From the NCBI RefSeq assembly GCF_963921235.1, contig NC_086109.1, positions 29,078,001-29,142,000 of the forward strand: DNA of 64,000 nt. Direction: 5' to 3'. Position 1 is the stretch's first letter; every line of letters begins with the position of its first letter. Under the pieces are notes generated by a model. The model was given only the letters and a program-made list of their open reading frames with translations, ran no database searches and was not told the origin of the DNA. This document shows positions 24,948-37,070 of this stretch, one piece after another. Both the position numbers and the translations under genes were made by a program. The DNA comes from Mobula hypostoma. Taxonomy: Eukaryota.

Positions 24948-25475
24948 ACAAACAACAGGAATTCTGCAGATGCTGGAAATTCAAGCAACACACACAAAAG
25001 TTGCTGGTGAACGCAGCAGGCCAGGCAGCATCTCTAGGAAGAGGTGCAGTCGACGTTTCAGGCCGAGACCCTTCATCAGGACTAACTGAAGGAAGAGTGA
25101 GTAAGGGATTTGAAAGTTGGAGGGGGAGGGGGAGATCCAAAATGTTAGGAGAAGACAGGAGGGGGGAGGGATGGAGCCAAGAGCTGGACAGGTGATAGGC
25201 AAAAGGGATAGGGGAGGATCATGGGACAGGAGGCCGGGTAGAAAGACAAGCGGGGGGGGACCCAGAGGATGGGCAAGGGGTATATTCAGAGGGACAGAGG
25301 GAGAAAAAGGAGAGTGAGAGAAAGAATGTGTGTATAAAAATAAGTAACAGATGGGGTACAAGGGGACGTGGGGCATCAGCGGAAGTTAGAGAAGTCGATG
25401 TTCATGCCATCAGGTTGGAGGCTACCCAGACGGAATATAAGGTGTTGTTCCTCCAACCTGAGTGTGGCTTCATCC
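24948..25475 (-). mobile_element. Young PLE 3' end and terminal repeat
   Basis: Minus strand encodes EATLRLEEQHLIFRLGSLQPDGMNIDFSNF (GIY-YIG tail), then a pyrimidine-rich repeat and the hammerhead. Confidence 0.85.
25047..25085 (-). ncRNA. Minimal type I hammerhead ribozyme motif
   Basis: tagtc CTGATGA agggt-ctcg-gcct GAAA c GTC gactg. Core boxes intact, stem I agtc/gact, palindromic minimal stem III. Confidence 0.75.
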
Positions 25476-26183
25476 ATGTATGGAAATGCATCTAGATTAA
25501 AGTACTTTGAAATTCTATTGTGAGAGACAAAATGAGAAATAACTGGTCATGTCAAACATATATCTTAAAAAAATAAGATTATTATCTTGAAAGTTCACTT
25601 CTAGGAATTTAGTAATAAATTATATTTACTGCTGAGGATTTGAGTTCAAGAAACGGAAGGCATCATTAACTTTGCACATAAATTAAAAATAAAAATGCTG
25701 AAAATATTTTACTAGCCCTGCATGATCTGTGGAAACAGAACAGAATGTTATTTCCAACATATGCTCCTGTTCGCTTTTCCTTTGTGATACTGTATTGAAT
25801 TTTGGATGTCATACCAACACCAGTACAGTCTGTGGCATAATGAATATTAAAGACCATCTTAATTGCTTCACGTTATTCCTTTCTGTTATGCCTGATGAAA
25901 TTGGTCTATCACTTATCTGTGGCCCTTCAACTGGGCAAATTTAAAAGTTTTCTGACTTCTAAAATCACCTGGGTATCTTTGGTGTATACTGGTTGCTGCC
26001 ACTCATTCCCATTAGGAAATCATTCATAACTGAACCATTTTACTTCCTAGTAGAAGCAGGAGTGGGCCAACCAGCCCCTCAAGCCTCTCCACTATTTAAA
26101 ATAAAATGATTAATCGGACTGCAACTACAATTCTGTAATCCTGTTTATTTGCTTTCCAGTTTCTTCCTCTTGGTTTTCATATA

Positions 26184-26784
26184 TGTTGCTTGTTTAATAT
26201 TTCAGTAATATTAGAGTAATATTGAAAATATGTTGGTTGATTAAGCATTCTTTGTTGCTTATATAATTCATTGTGGTTATCAGAGTCAGAATCAGACTGT
26301 GAAATACAGTAAGAGTATACATGTATATCAGATAGTTATATTAAATAAGTAATGCAACAACAGAAATAAAATGTAGTGAGGTAGTGATCATGGGTTCAAT
26401 GTCCAACAGAAATCGAATGGCAGAGGGGAAGAAGTTGTTCCTGAATCACTGAGTTGGGCCTTCAGGGATTTGTACCTCCTTCCTGATAGTAACACTGAGA
26501 GGAGGGCAAGTCCTGGGTGATAGGAGTACTCAATAATGGATGCCGCCTTTTTGAGACACCGCTCCTTGAAGATGATTGGATACTATTAAGGCTAGTACCC
26601 ATGATGGAGCTGACAAATTTTACAACTTTGTTATATGTACAAAGTACGTGAATGACACGCGTCATCACACCACACTGTCATACAGGCGTGCCTCGTTTAG
26701 AGCAAAAACAAAGTTAGACTCTCAATCCCAGCTCCGTATTTTCTTTGAATTAGTTTTTATGTTTTGGAGTTACAAAACATAACA
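26184..26784 (+). mobile_element. Short TG...CA element (solo-LTR-like, about 250 bp) split by a Rex/Babar fragment at about 26281-26628
   Basis: Ends tgttg...ataaca, flanks atata/atgta. Homologous to the reverse complement of 30517-30760. Confidence 0.6.
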
Positions 26785-27942
26785 ATGTACCTGTCGATCT
26801 TCATTTTAAAAATATTCAAAATATTCTGGAAAAATAATAATTTGCCTCATCTGTGCTAAAAGCCTATTGCCTTATTTGTAAACAGCTACCATTCATTCTA
26901 GATTCTCGCACAAGAGGAAGCATTTCCTCCACATCCACCCTTTCAAAACCCTTTAGAACCTTCAGATCAAAGCACAGCTCCTGTGTCATCTATACATTTT
27001 TCGATAACACCACGGTCGATGATAGAATTTCAGGTGGTAGTGAGAAGGTGTGCAGGAGTGAGATGCATTGGTTGATTAGCAAAGGTGATGTTTCAGATCA
27101 AAACACTGCATCAAAAATTAGCATATGTTTTCTGGTGGGAAATTAATTCTCTTTGTTATTTTGTCTCAAAGTAGAGTCAGATATTTTAATTAATTTTTAT
27201 CGATGCTTGGGTTAATATAATGTATTAGTTCTCTGCTAAAACACATCTAGGAACTTATTTGAACAACCATAATCTGATTGAATTTTACATTATACGTTTA
27301 TCATCATAAAACGTACCTAAACCAAAAGCTCTTCTCTCCTTTGAATAAAGAGAAATATCAATAGACTAGTACTTTTTTTTTTACCGTGCCCATGGTTTGT
27401 TCTTCATCAAATTATGGTATTGCTTTGCAATGCTGTAACTATATGTTATAATTATATGGTTGTGTCAGTGCTAGTCTTCGGTTTGTCCTGTTTTCTGTGA
27501 TATCACTCCGGAGAAACACTGTATCATTTCTTAATACATGTATGCATTTCTACATGACAATAAAGGAGGACTGAGTGTTCTCATGATCTAAAATTAAAAA
27601 AGATTTCATTTCCAACTTAAAGCATATAAGACCATTAGACTATAAGATAGAGGAGCAGAATTAAGCCATTTGGCCCATTGAATCTGCTCCACCATTTCAT
27701 CAAAGCTAATCCATTTTTCCTCTCAGCCCCAGTCTCCTGTCTTCCACCACAGCCACCTTGCACCCCACCCCCCCACCCCGGTATCCCTTCATGCCCTGTC
27801 CAATCAAGAATTTATGAACCTCTGCCTTAAATATACATAAAGACTTGGCCTCTACGGCTGCCTCTGGCAATGAATTCCACAGATTTACCACTCTCTGGCT
27901 AAAGAAATTCATCCTCATCTCCATTCTAAGAGGATACTCTAA

Positions 27943-28364
27943 CATTGACTTCTCTAACTTCCGCTAATGCCCCACCTCCCCCTCGTACCCCATCCGTTAT
28001 TTATTTAAATGCACATATTCTTTCTCTCTTGCTCCTTTTTCACCCTCTGTCCCTCTGACTATACCCTTTGCCCATCCTCTGGGTTTTTTCCCCCCCTCCC
28101 CCTTTTCCTTCTCCCTGGGCCTCCTGTCCCATGATCCTCTCATATCCCCTTTACCAATCAACTGTCCAGCTCTTGGCTCCATGCCTCCCCCTCCTGTCTT
28201 CTCCTATCATTTTGGATCTCCCCCTCCCCCTCCCACTTTCAAATCTCTTACTAGCTCTTCCTTCAGTTCGTCCTGATGAAGGGCCTCAGCCCGAAACGTC
28301 AACTGTACCTCTTCCTAGAGATGCTGCCTGGCCTGCTGCGTTCACCAGCAACTTTGATGTGTGT
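27943..28364 (+). mobile_element. PLE terminal repeat inserted in CR1
   Basis: 8-bp TSD tactctaa (27935-27942, 28365-28372). Near reverse complement of 24.99-25.4 kb. Confidence 0.85.
28269..28305 (+). ncRNA. Minimal hammerhead ribozyme motif
   Basis: cgtc CTGATGA a gggc-ctca-gccc GAAA c GTC aactg. Perfect 4-bp stem II; stem I weakened. Confidence 0.65.
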
Positions 28365-30516
28365 TACTCTAATTTAAGGTTGTGTCCTCTGGTGTTCGTC
28401 ACTCCCACCATAGGAAACATCCTCTGCATGTCCACTCTATCAAGCCCTTTCACCATTTCATAGGTTCCAATTAGGTCACTCCTCATTTTTCTAATTTCCA
28501 GTGAATACAGGCCCAGAACCATCAAATGCTCTTCATATGGCAGGCTGTGTAATCCTGGAATCATTTTCGTGAACCTCCTTTGAACCCTCTCCAGTTTCAT
28601 CACATCTTTTCTGAGATAAGGGGCCCAACTATTGTTGCTTCAACATAAAAATCTCATGACTAGTAAAATGTTTTTGAGAAAAAAAATCTTTAGCCAGTCT
28701 CTTAGTTCAATGCAATCAATTCCTTTTTAGGTAAACTCCTGTTAGAAGAAAATTTTGAATGGAAATTGAAATGAATCCAGCATATTTCAAATTTCAATTC
28801 AATAAATAAACTCATTTTTTATTTTGTCCAATAAATCATTGGTTAGTGGGGTGTTAGAATCACCTTGTCATTCTTTGAGATAATGCAGAACACGGCTAGC
28901 CAATTAAAGATGTAAACATAGTAAAGAACATAATCTTTACGAAGGAACAATCTTTGTCTTCAATGGAATTTTACAAGTGAAATTCTTCCATTACCAAGAA
29001 TGAAAGCAATGAGCAAAGATAGAAAACAGTTTCACTTTTTCCATTAGGCAGGGTGTTCCCTTATCAGGTATGATGTCTGTTACTCCTTAAAGAACAGTAT
29101 CATAAGAACAGTTTATGCTGTGCAGCCCCTGAGTTTATAAATGGAATGCTCAGTTCCAACACTATCAGCAGGGCGTACAAATGAAATTACTTTTTCCATA
29201 AATGAGCTACTAACAACCTCTAATCTTGATGGCCCAATTTGTAAATGTTCACTTTGAATGCAAGAAATTGTGGCTGAAATATTTTCTGACCAAGTCTGCT
29301 TGAAGTAACATTTTTTATTCTTTAATATCTGTGTCCAGTGTTCTAAAACCCACTTACTCTCTCTAGAAATATTCATGAATACAAGCTAATCGACTCTACC
29401 TATTAGTTTTTAAACACAAAGCTAGTCCTCCTCACTGTCTATGAGTGTGCAGCCTCCTGCTGAACAATTGAATATTCTCTTGGTTGAATTTAAAATAAAT
29501 ATTTCATAAAACCTGTGTAAAGTTACAGAAACATAATGTAAATAATCTGAAAGAAATGATGGATGACTTGTCTGCAGAGGGGCCCTTAACAGGGATTCTG
29601 CTTTGATTCTATACTTAATGAATGTACTCTTGCCCAAATGGAAATCTATTCTCCAATGGGAAGGTATAATATTTTATATTTCTGCAAATGCATTCAATAT
29701 CCTGGCTGCTCTTGGGGCTCATAACTGCTAATCTATTTCAAGATACATACATTTGGTTTACACTCACTCTTCCTCTCTGCCTCACCATTGACAACTCCTT
29801 TACTCACCATCTCCACCCCAACTCCTCCCACTTGACTCTGTGCTTCATAACTCTCCCTTCTTTGAATGAGAAATAATTCTTTTAAGTTATAGGCTCTGAC
29901 AAATTATTGGGGCCTTCTTAGGTGGATATCAAATTTAGTAAACGGAAGAGCCTCCTAACATGGCCCAAGTAATATTTATTTCTTGGTCAATAGTGCTGAA
30001 ATAAATTATCCGCTTATTTTCTTATTGCTCTTCTGTGCATTTACCACACGTTCTTCACAATGGTTGTATATCTCCTTTACAGCAATTAGCAACAGGTTTG
30101 GGTTTAGTTGAGATGCTTCCTGCTATTGGGAGGATTTTTGCATAGATTACTAAAGGATTCAAAGGAATTATAAAATATGGTAATTTTGCTTGAGTTGTTG
30201 CTTTCAGAGAAAGGAGGGAAAAATTTGGAGAAGAATAGATTTTCAGCCAATCCTACATTTGTTTAACAAAGTTTTACAAAGTCTTGCATTTATGTTGAAT
30301 CTTTCAAACTCATATCAGCCAACATTTCAGCCAAGAATGATTTTATTTTCAAGCAACTCATTAAAACTTTTGTGCCCCATTAATGAGAGTAATGTAATCC
30401 TTGGTTTCACTAAATCATTAAATAACTTTTAATTGGATGCTAATATATTTGTCATTGTGTTCAGGCCCACCTCTATAATCTCCTGAATTGCAATCTTTAA
30501 TGAGTTTAACTTCCTC

Positions 30517-30760
30517 TGTTATGTCTTGTAATTTTAAAACATTAAACTTATGCAAATGAAGGCACAGAAGTCCGAAAATAAGGGAGTAACGTTGAGTTTA
30601 CTTTAAGTGGGGCGCACACGTATCACGTGGTAGCATAATAACGTACACAATAAACGTATTTTTACATATAACCCGCAATTAATTTTTAAATGAACAGTAA
30701 AGCTTAATTAATCTATATATATAAGATTATGCAAACATTACTTAAATATTAAATACACAA
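30517..30760 (-). mobile_element. Second copy of the short TG...CA solo-LTR-like element
   Basis: Starts tgttatg, flanked by cctc on both sides. Homologous to 26184-26784. Confidence 0.55.
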
Positions 30761-31644
30761 CCTCAAGTTCAGATTCCTTACCAAACCAACTTTCTTTGCT
30801 CCACCCATGGCTTAATTAATAGCTTTGACCCTGAGCTCTGAATAATGTGATCTGTGTTATAGATGCAGTTTAAGCAATTTAATTAAAGGTTACACCTGAT
30901 TATCCAATCCATTTTGCTTTGAAATAATCTTGGTACAACTATTTTTTCTAGAAACATTTTGTTGGAGGTAGTCTGCTTTTTATGTAGCTAAGTGAGCTCA
31001 GAGTCAGAGATCTTTCAAAATTGAACAATCCTTTTGTGGATGAATCACATGCTAACAAATTGAACGTCTTCTTGAAGTTAAAAAAAAGAGAATTGTGTTC
31101 CAAATAAGTATCACGTTAGTATTTAAAAACATTTCGCCTACTTTCTCTGTCCTCAGCACAATATCAGAGGAAACTAATGGTTTCATTTAAACAAAATTCA
31201 AGTTCAAGATATGCTAAGGTGCCAATTATCGTGGCCATCGTACACAACAATTAAAGACTTATTTGTAAAATAAATGCCCATCTTTAGGAACACTAATTAT
31301 GCATATGGTCCAAAATCATATTTAGCTGCACTAGAGTCAGTGGTTATCAAGGATGGCAGTAGTTCAGTTATGAGAGGCACCTTTGGGTGCTAAGATACCC
31401 TGACCTAGAACATCATCAGTTCCCACAGAAATACATAAATCCATTGTGTAATATGCCAATGGCCATTGTAGCTTGATCCTTCATAATATCTGAAGTACTG
31501 AAAGGACAAGTTGTTGGAGATTATGCATCCAAGAATAGAGGGATGGTCAGGGATCATGAGGGGAGCAGGGTTGAACAATAATTGGCCCCTAAAATCAATT
31601 CAAATCAAATCAAGTTTAATTATCATTCAAACCACACATAGATA

Positions 31645-32020
31645 TAGGTGTATAAGATGATGAGAAGCATTGATCGTGTGGGTAGCCAGAGATTTTTTTT
31701 CCCAGGGCTGAAATGGCTAACACGAGGGGGCATAGCTTTATGGTGCTTGGATATAGGTGCAGAGGGGATGTCAGGAGTAAGTTTTTCACACAAAGAGTGG
31801 TGGGTGCGTGGATTTCACTGCCAGTGACAGTGTTGGAGGCGGATATAATAGGGTCTTTTTAAGAGACTCTTAGTTAGGTACATGGAGCTTGGAACAATAG
31901 AGGGCTATGCGGTAGGGAAATTCGAGGCAGTTTCTAGTGTAGGTTATATGGTTAGCACACATTGTGGGCCGATGGGCCTTTGATGTGCTGTAGATTTCTA
32001 TGTTCCATGTTCTATGTTCA
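31645..32020 (+). mobile_element. CR1 3' end
   Basis: Encodes FFTQRVVGAW-like segment and ends in a ttctatgttccatgttctatg tail. Confidence 0.8.
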
Positions 32021-34435
32021 GCTGAACTAGACAGTGTTCTAAGGTACAAAACATTCAAATAAAAAGAAAACATTCAAAAATAGCAAGTAACATAATTCAA
32101 AATAGCAAACAAAGAAGCATATTCACTCAAAAAAAAACTATGTATGGCCCAAGACCCTGAGCAACAATGTCCAGCAATCGATGGTACAGTCTCCCAGCTG
32201 TATGCAGACGCACAAAATCCAACCTGTCATTCCATGGCAGCACCTAAAGGAGAGGCCAGACCCCAGATGAGATTGGACGCCATGCTGTAAATGTTTCCAC
32301 ATCTCTCACTTTGTCTGCAGCAGTAGGCAAACCCAAGGCTTGAGGCCTAGTTCTCACTACAACCGAGGCTACACAGCTCCCATGTCTCATGATTGGTACT
32401 GGGTGAGCCCACAATCGTCAAATTGACACATTTACTTCATACACTCTGTTGTATTGTTGTCGAGGCAGTGGAGGCCAAAATCCTGTATGTATATTTTAAA
32501 TGCTAAATAAATATACAAGGTTAGTGTCAACTACTGCCACAGATCACATGACTTGATTTCCATCTTGTTTCTAGTGCTGAAGGTGCCATTGACAATCAGC
32601 TGCAACAGTCATTAAGTAGAACAAAAAGTCAGGCACAATCTATAACGAAAGTCAGTTATTCAATGCCAGGTTGAAGGCCAGTTGAAAATAAACCCATTGG
32701 TCTTTATGCAACCCAAAGCAGAGACCCTATATACCTAAACATGATGATTAGTTTACATCTGCACAACCTCTATGTAATAATTCCTCTATTAATTCAGTTT
32801 AAGTTGATCTTGAATATGATGAAATATGATAAAAATAGTCATGTTTAGAATTTAGTAGATATAAATTCTTTTGGAATGTCTTCAGGGCAAAAATGACAAG
32901 AACATGCTGAGATGAGTGATCTGAAACCATAGCAACCAACCAAACGGCTCCTGTAAACATTCAAGATTTTGACCCCTTTTTAGGTTCATGTTGAACTCTG
33001 TATTGTTTCTGGGTTTAATTAAGCTTCAGAGTACAGTTCTAGGAATTCTGCTAAGTTACTCGAAAGTTTAGAATGATTTCCATTCCATTTTATAAACAAC
33101 GCCAATGTGTGTTTAACTTTCTCATTCCTTTCTTTCCTGTGTGTGCAGTTTAGTCTTGATACTAAGCATTAAGAGTAAGTGAAATTTAAAATATTTAAAA
33201 CAGAAACTTGTCAGAATTTCAATTGGAGCATGTCCATTTTGAGAAAAAGAAAAATATACCGTGTATAATTGGGCTTGCAGTTAGCCATGACTACATACAA
33301 TGTGAATTAGCTTAAAGATCAATAATCTCCTTAATTGGTTTAGCACACAACTCAAGTTATGTCAATAATTGTCCCAGTCTAGAAGTTCCCAAGACTTGAC
33401 ATCACTGTTAAATTATCACAACGTCATAAGTTATACTGTTCTCAAAAAAGAAGTGATGTATTTTAACACAGTATAGTGCTGATGTAGATTGTGTGGGGAT
33501 GGATGCATTTGTGCATAAAATAAGGAGGTAAAACAGATAGCAAATGGAATAGAATGCTGAAATATATCCTTATTAATTTTGATAATGAAGAAATAGATTT
33601 TGATAAATGTTGAGAAATTCTTAAAGTTGTTCTTAAGATGGATTGAAGTGATAGGCAGAGCCAGAAATTACGATGTTGAACCTTATATCCATGCTCCCTA
33701 AGACAACCTCTTTCCACCATAATTGCAATACACACCACCAGCCCTGCCTCGACTTATGTGCTGATGAAATACTTGATTTACTTTTGTTAACACTGGAGTT
33801 TTCCTAATGCAGGAAACTGGCAAGGCTCCTGCATGAATGTGAATTCATCCAGATCTCTGCTGCTTCTTTTTTAACTTGGCCCAAGAAATCCTTGCCTGTT
33901 TTATTGGAACTCAGTGCTGGGCGTGTTAGCCTAGGAGAGGATGCTGAAGTTGCTTTGGTTATCTTGGTTATGAATTTAGAGCATTTTGTGCGCTGAAGCT
34001 CCATGACTGATATAAGACATAAGCCATAGAAGCAGAATTAGGCCATTCAGCCCATCTGTGATGGTACTGGGTCTGCTGACTTCGAAGTTTTAATGAAAAT
34101 CTTGAGCTCTATCCAATACCAATAGCTCTAGCCACCCTCACTAAAGGGAGATGATACAATATCTTCAAAAATTAATTTGCTTCCCTGTTTATCCTCCACA
34201 GTGAGTTTTGCTGCCAATACCACTATTTGAGTGGTGTGTTTCCTTTCCCTAATAAGGAGGAGTCACTTCCAGCTGACAATGAAGTTTAAACACAGTTAAT
34301 TTATTTTCAGTGAGGCTTGTTTAAATTTAAATACAATTCTTAAACACATTTAAAATTCACATTGAATTTCTATCTTATAAAAGATTTCCAAATTATAAAT
34401 GATTTCTAAAGCACAAACAATTTCCAAAACATAGG

Positions 34436-35896
34436 TATAGAAACATAGAAACATAGAAAATAGGTTCAGGAGTAGGCCATTCGGCCCTTCGAGCCTGCAC
34501 CGACATTTATTATGATCATGGCTGATCATCCAACTCAGAACCCCGCCTTCCCTCCATACCTCCTGACCCCTGTAGCCACAAGGGCCATATCTAACTCCCT
34601 CTTAAACATAGCCAATGAACTGGCCTCAACAGTTTGCTGTGGCAGAGAATTCCACAGATTCACCACTCTCTGTGTGAAGAAGTTTTTCCTAATCTCGGTC
34701 CTAAAAGGCTTCCCCTCTATCCTCAAACTGTGACCCCTCGTTCTGGACCTCCCGAACATCGGGAACAATCTTCCCGCATCTAGCCTGTCCAATCCCTTTA
34801 GGATCTTATACGTTTCAATCAGATCCCCCCTCAATCTTCTAAATTCCAACGAGTACAAGCCCAGTTCATCCAGTCTTTCTTCATATGAAAGACCTGCCAT
34901 CCCAGGAATCAATCTGGTGAACCTTCTTTGTACTCCCTCTATGGCAAAGATGTCTTTCCTCAGATTAGGGGACCAAAACTGCACACAATACTCCAGGTGT
35001 GGTCTCACCAAGGCCTTGTACAACTGCAGTAGTACCTCCCTGCTCCTGTACTCGAATCCTCTCACTATAAATGCCAGCATACCATTCGCCTTTTTCACCG
35101 CCTGCTTTACCTGCATGCCCACTTTCAATGACTGGTGTATAATGACACCCAGGTCTCGTTGCACCTCCCCTTTTCCTAATCGGCCACCATTCAGATAATA
35201 ATCTGTTTTCCTATTTTTGCCACCAAAGTGGATAACTTCACATTTATCCACATTAAATTGCATCTGCCATGAATTTGCCCACTCACCCAACCTATCCAAG
35301 TCACCCTGCATCCTCTTAGCATCCTCCTCACTGCTAACACTGCCACCCAGCTTCGTGTCATCCGCAAACTTGGAGATGCTGCATTTAATTCCCTCATCCA
35401 AGTCATTAATATATATTGTAAACAACTGGGGTCCCAGCACTGAGCCTTGCGGTACCCCACTAGTCACCGCCTGCCATTCTGAAAAGGTCCCGTTTATTCC
35501 CACTCTTTGCTTCCTGTCTGCTAACCAATTCTCCACCCACACCAATACCTTACCCCCAATACCATGTGCTTTAAGTTTGCACACTAATCTCCTGTGTGGG
35601 ACCTTGTCAAAAGCCTTTTGAAAATCCAAATATACCACATCCACTGGTTCTCCCCTATCCACTCTACTAGTTACATCCTCAAAAAATTCTATGAGATTCG
35701 TCAGACATGATTTTCCTTTCACAAATCCATGCTGACTTTGTCCGATCATTTCACCGCTTTCCAAATGTGCTGTTATCACATCCTTGATAACTGACTCCAG
35801 CAGTTTCCCCACCACCGACGTTAGGCTAACCGGCCTATAATTCCCCGGTTTCTCTCTCCCTCCTTTTTTAAAAAGTGGGGTTACATTAGCCACCCT
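34436..35896 (-). mobile_element. Young 5'-truncated CR1 LINE, copy B
   Basis: (ATAGAAAC)n tail; near-identical to 13180-14673. Confidence 0.95.
34535..35893 (-). CDS. CR1 ORF2 reverse transcriptase domain and C-terminus (5'-truncated)
   Basis: 452-aa open frame with NYRPVSLTS, LDFQKAFD, GVPQGSVLGP, FADD. Confidence 0.9.
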   Translation of the reverse strand: MANVTPLFKKGGREKPGNYRPVSLTSVVGKLLESVIKDVITAHLESGEMIGQSQHGFVKGKSCLTNLIEFFEDVTSRVDRGEPVDVVYLDFQKAFDKVPHRRLVCKLKAHGIGGKVLVWVENWLADRKQRVGINGTFSEWQAVTSGVPQGSVLGPQLFTIYINDLDEGIKCSISKFADDTKLGGSVSSEEDAKRMQGDLDRLGEWANSWQMQFNVDKCEVIHFGGKNRKTDYYLNGGRLGKGEVQRDLGVIIHQSLKVGMQVKQAVKKANGMLAFIVRGFEYRSREVLLQLYKALVRPHLEYCVQFWSPNLRKDIFAIEGVQRRFTRLIPGMAGLSYEERLDELGLYSLEFRRLRGDLIETYKILKGLDRLDAGRLFPMFGRSRTRGHSLRIEGKPFRTEIRKNFFTQRVVNLWNSLPQQTVEASSLAMFKRELDMALVATGVRRYGGKAGF

Positions 35897-36428
35897 ATGA
35901 TTCCTATAAGCTTAAAAGACAGACCAAAGAGGTTCAGACAAACAAGTCATCCATTGCAGAAATCAAAGGCAGGGGAATGGATTCTAGTTCACCCCATGTT
36001 TCTGTCATTCTTCTTGATGTTGGACAGTTCCTAAAAAATCTCTCTGCTCTCTGCATTTATACTATTTTTCTCCCACTTGGGTGAGTTCATGTATATGTAA
36101 TATTTTTTCAGATATCTTTTCACACAGGTGGTCAAAATGGAGACAGAATCCCAGGTACACACAATTAATTCTGTGAATGATGACTCTCTGAGTACACAAA
36201 CCTTCCAACTATTAATGGATGAACCATTTGATGTGCTAATTGATAGTATCAATTTGGTGTGCAAGCTTCCTTGAAATTAATAACTTAGCTTGCATGGTCT
36301 GGTTAGAAACAAACCCAATTAACATAACCCATTGTTTTACACTGCATCACTTGAGTATTTAGCCCAGGTACTGAGGGTCAGCACGTTTGCGCTCTATAAA
36401 CAATGTTTGTTTGCAAAGCATGAGGGAG

Positions 36429-37070
36429 GGAGGAGAAGATGGCAGCGCGACGCAGCCGTTCCGAATTGATATCGTACCTGTGAGGTAGGATGCCATGCAC
36501 AATCCTGATTTGATAGGGACAGACGTGAGAGCACGGAGGAACATCTGGAGTAAATTCTGAAATGCCTGCTTCGCTGCCACTGCTACTGTGCAATCGAAAA
36601 TCTCCGGAGGGGAAGGCCCCAAATCCTCAGCCTTGCCTGTTGCCTGTTGCTGGGGCCGGGGTCGAAGCGCTTGGCGGAGATGGTGCTCGGTGCATCGGTG
36701 TCGGGGAGCTGGTCGGAGGCTCGGAGTTTTCGGACGGACTCGGAGTCAGACTGTGGTCGGATGCTTCCAGGTTGCTGCATCGGCAAGTTTGCGGCGCTGG
36801 AGGTTTACCATCTGCGTGAGATGATGAGACTTTCAAGAGATTTTGAGACTGTACCGTGCCTATGGTCTGTTCTTATCAAATTACGGTATTGCTTTGCACT
36901 GTTGTAACTATTTGTTATAATTATGTCGTTTTGTCAGTTTTTCAGTCTTGGTTTGTCATGTGTTCCTGTGATATCATTCTAGAAAAACATTGTATCGTTT
37001 CTTAATGCATGCATTAGTAAATGACAATAAAAGAGAACTATGTGTCCTCATGATCTAATCTAATCTAATC
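36429..37070 (+). mobile_element. Non-autonomous retroelement with GC-rich AAGATGGC head and (TCTAA)n tail
   Basis: Starts ggaggagaagatggcagcgcgacgc and ends gacaataaaa...atctaatctaatctaatc. The 3' part recurs at about 27380-27595. Confidence 0.7.

Larger units (their letters stand above)
27625..28628 (-). mobile_element. CR1 3' fragment split by a PLE insert
   Basis: ORFs 28364-28603 (KLERVQRRFTKMIPG) and 27706-27945 (NFFSQRVVNLWNSLP) are contiguous CR1 C-terminal segments. Confidence 0.85.

Noticed and set aside
29113-29400. 87-aa ORF and a possible small exon with a gtaagt donor near 29357
   Set aside because: The exon defined by the nearest acceptor has stops in all three frames, and the ORF has no recognisable motif.
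33951-33975. miR-9-like sequence ctttggttatct
   Set aside because: Only 12 nt match and there is no complementary star arm.
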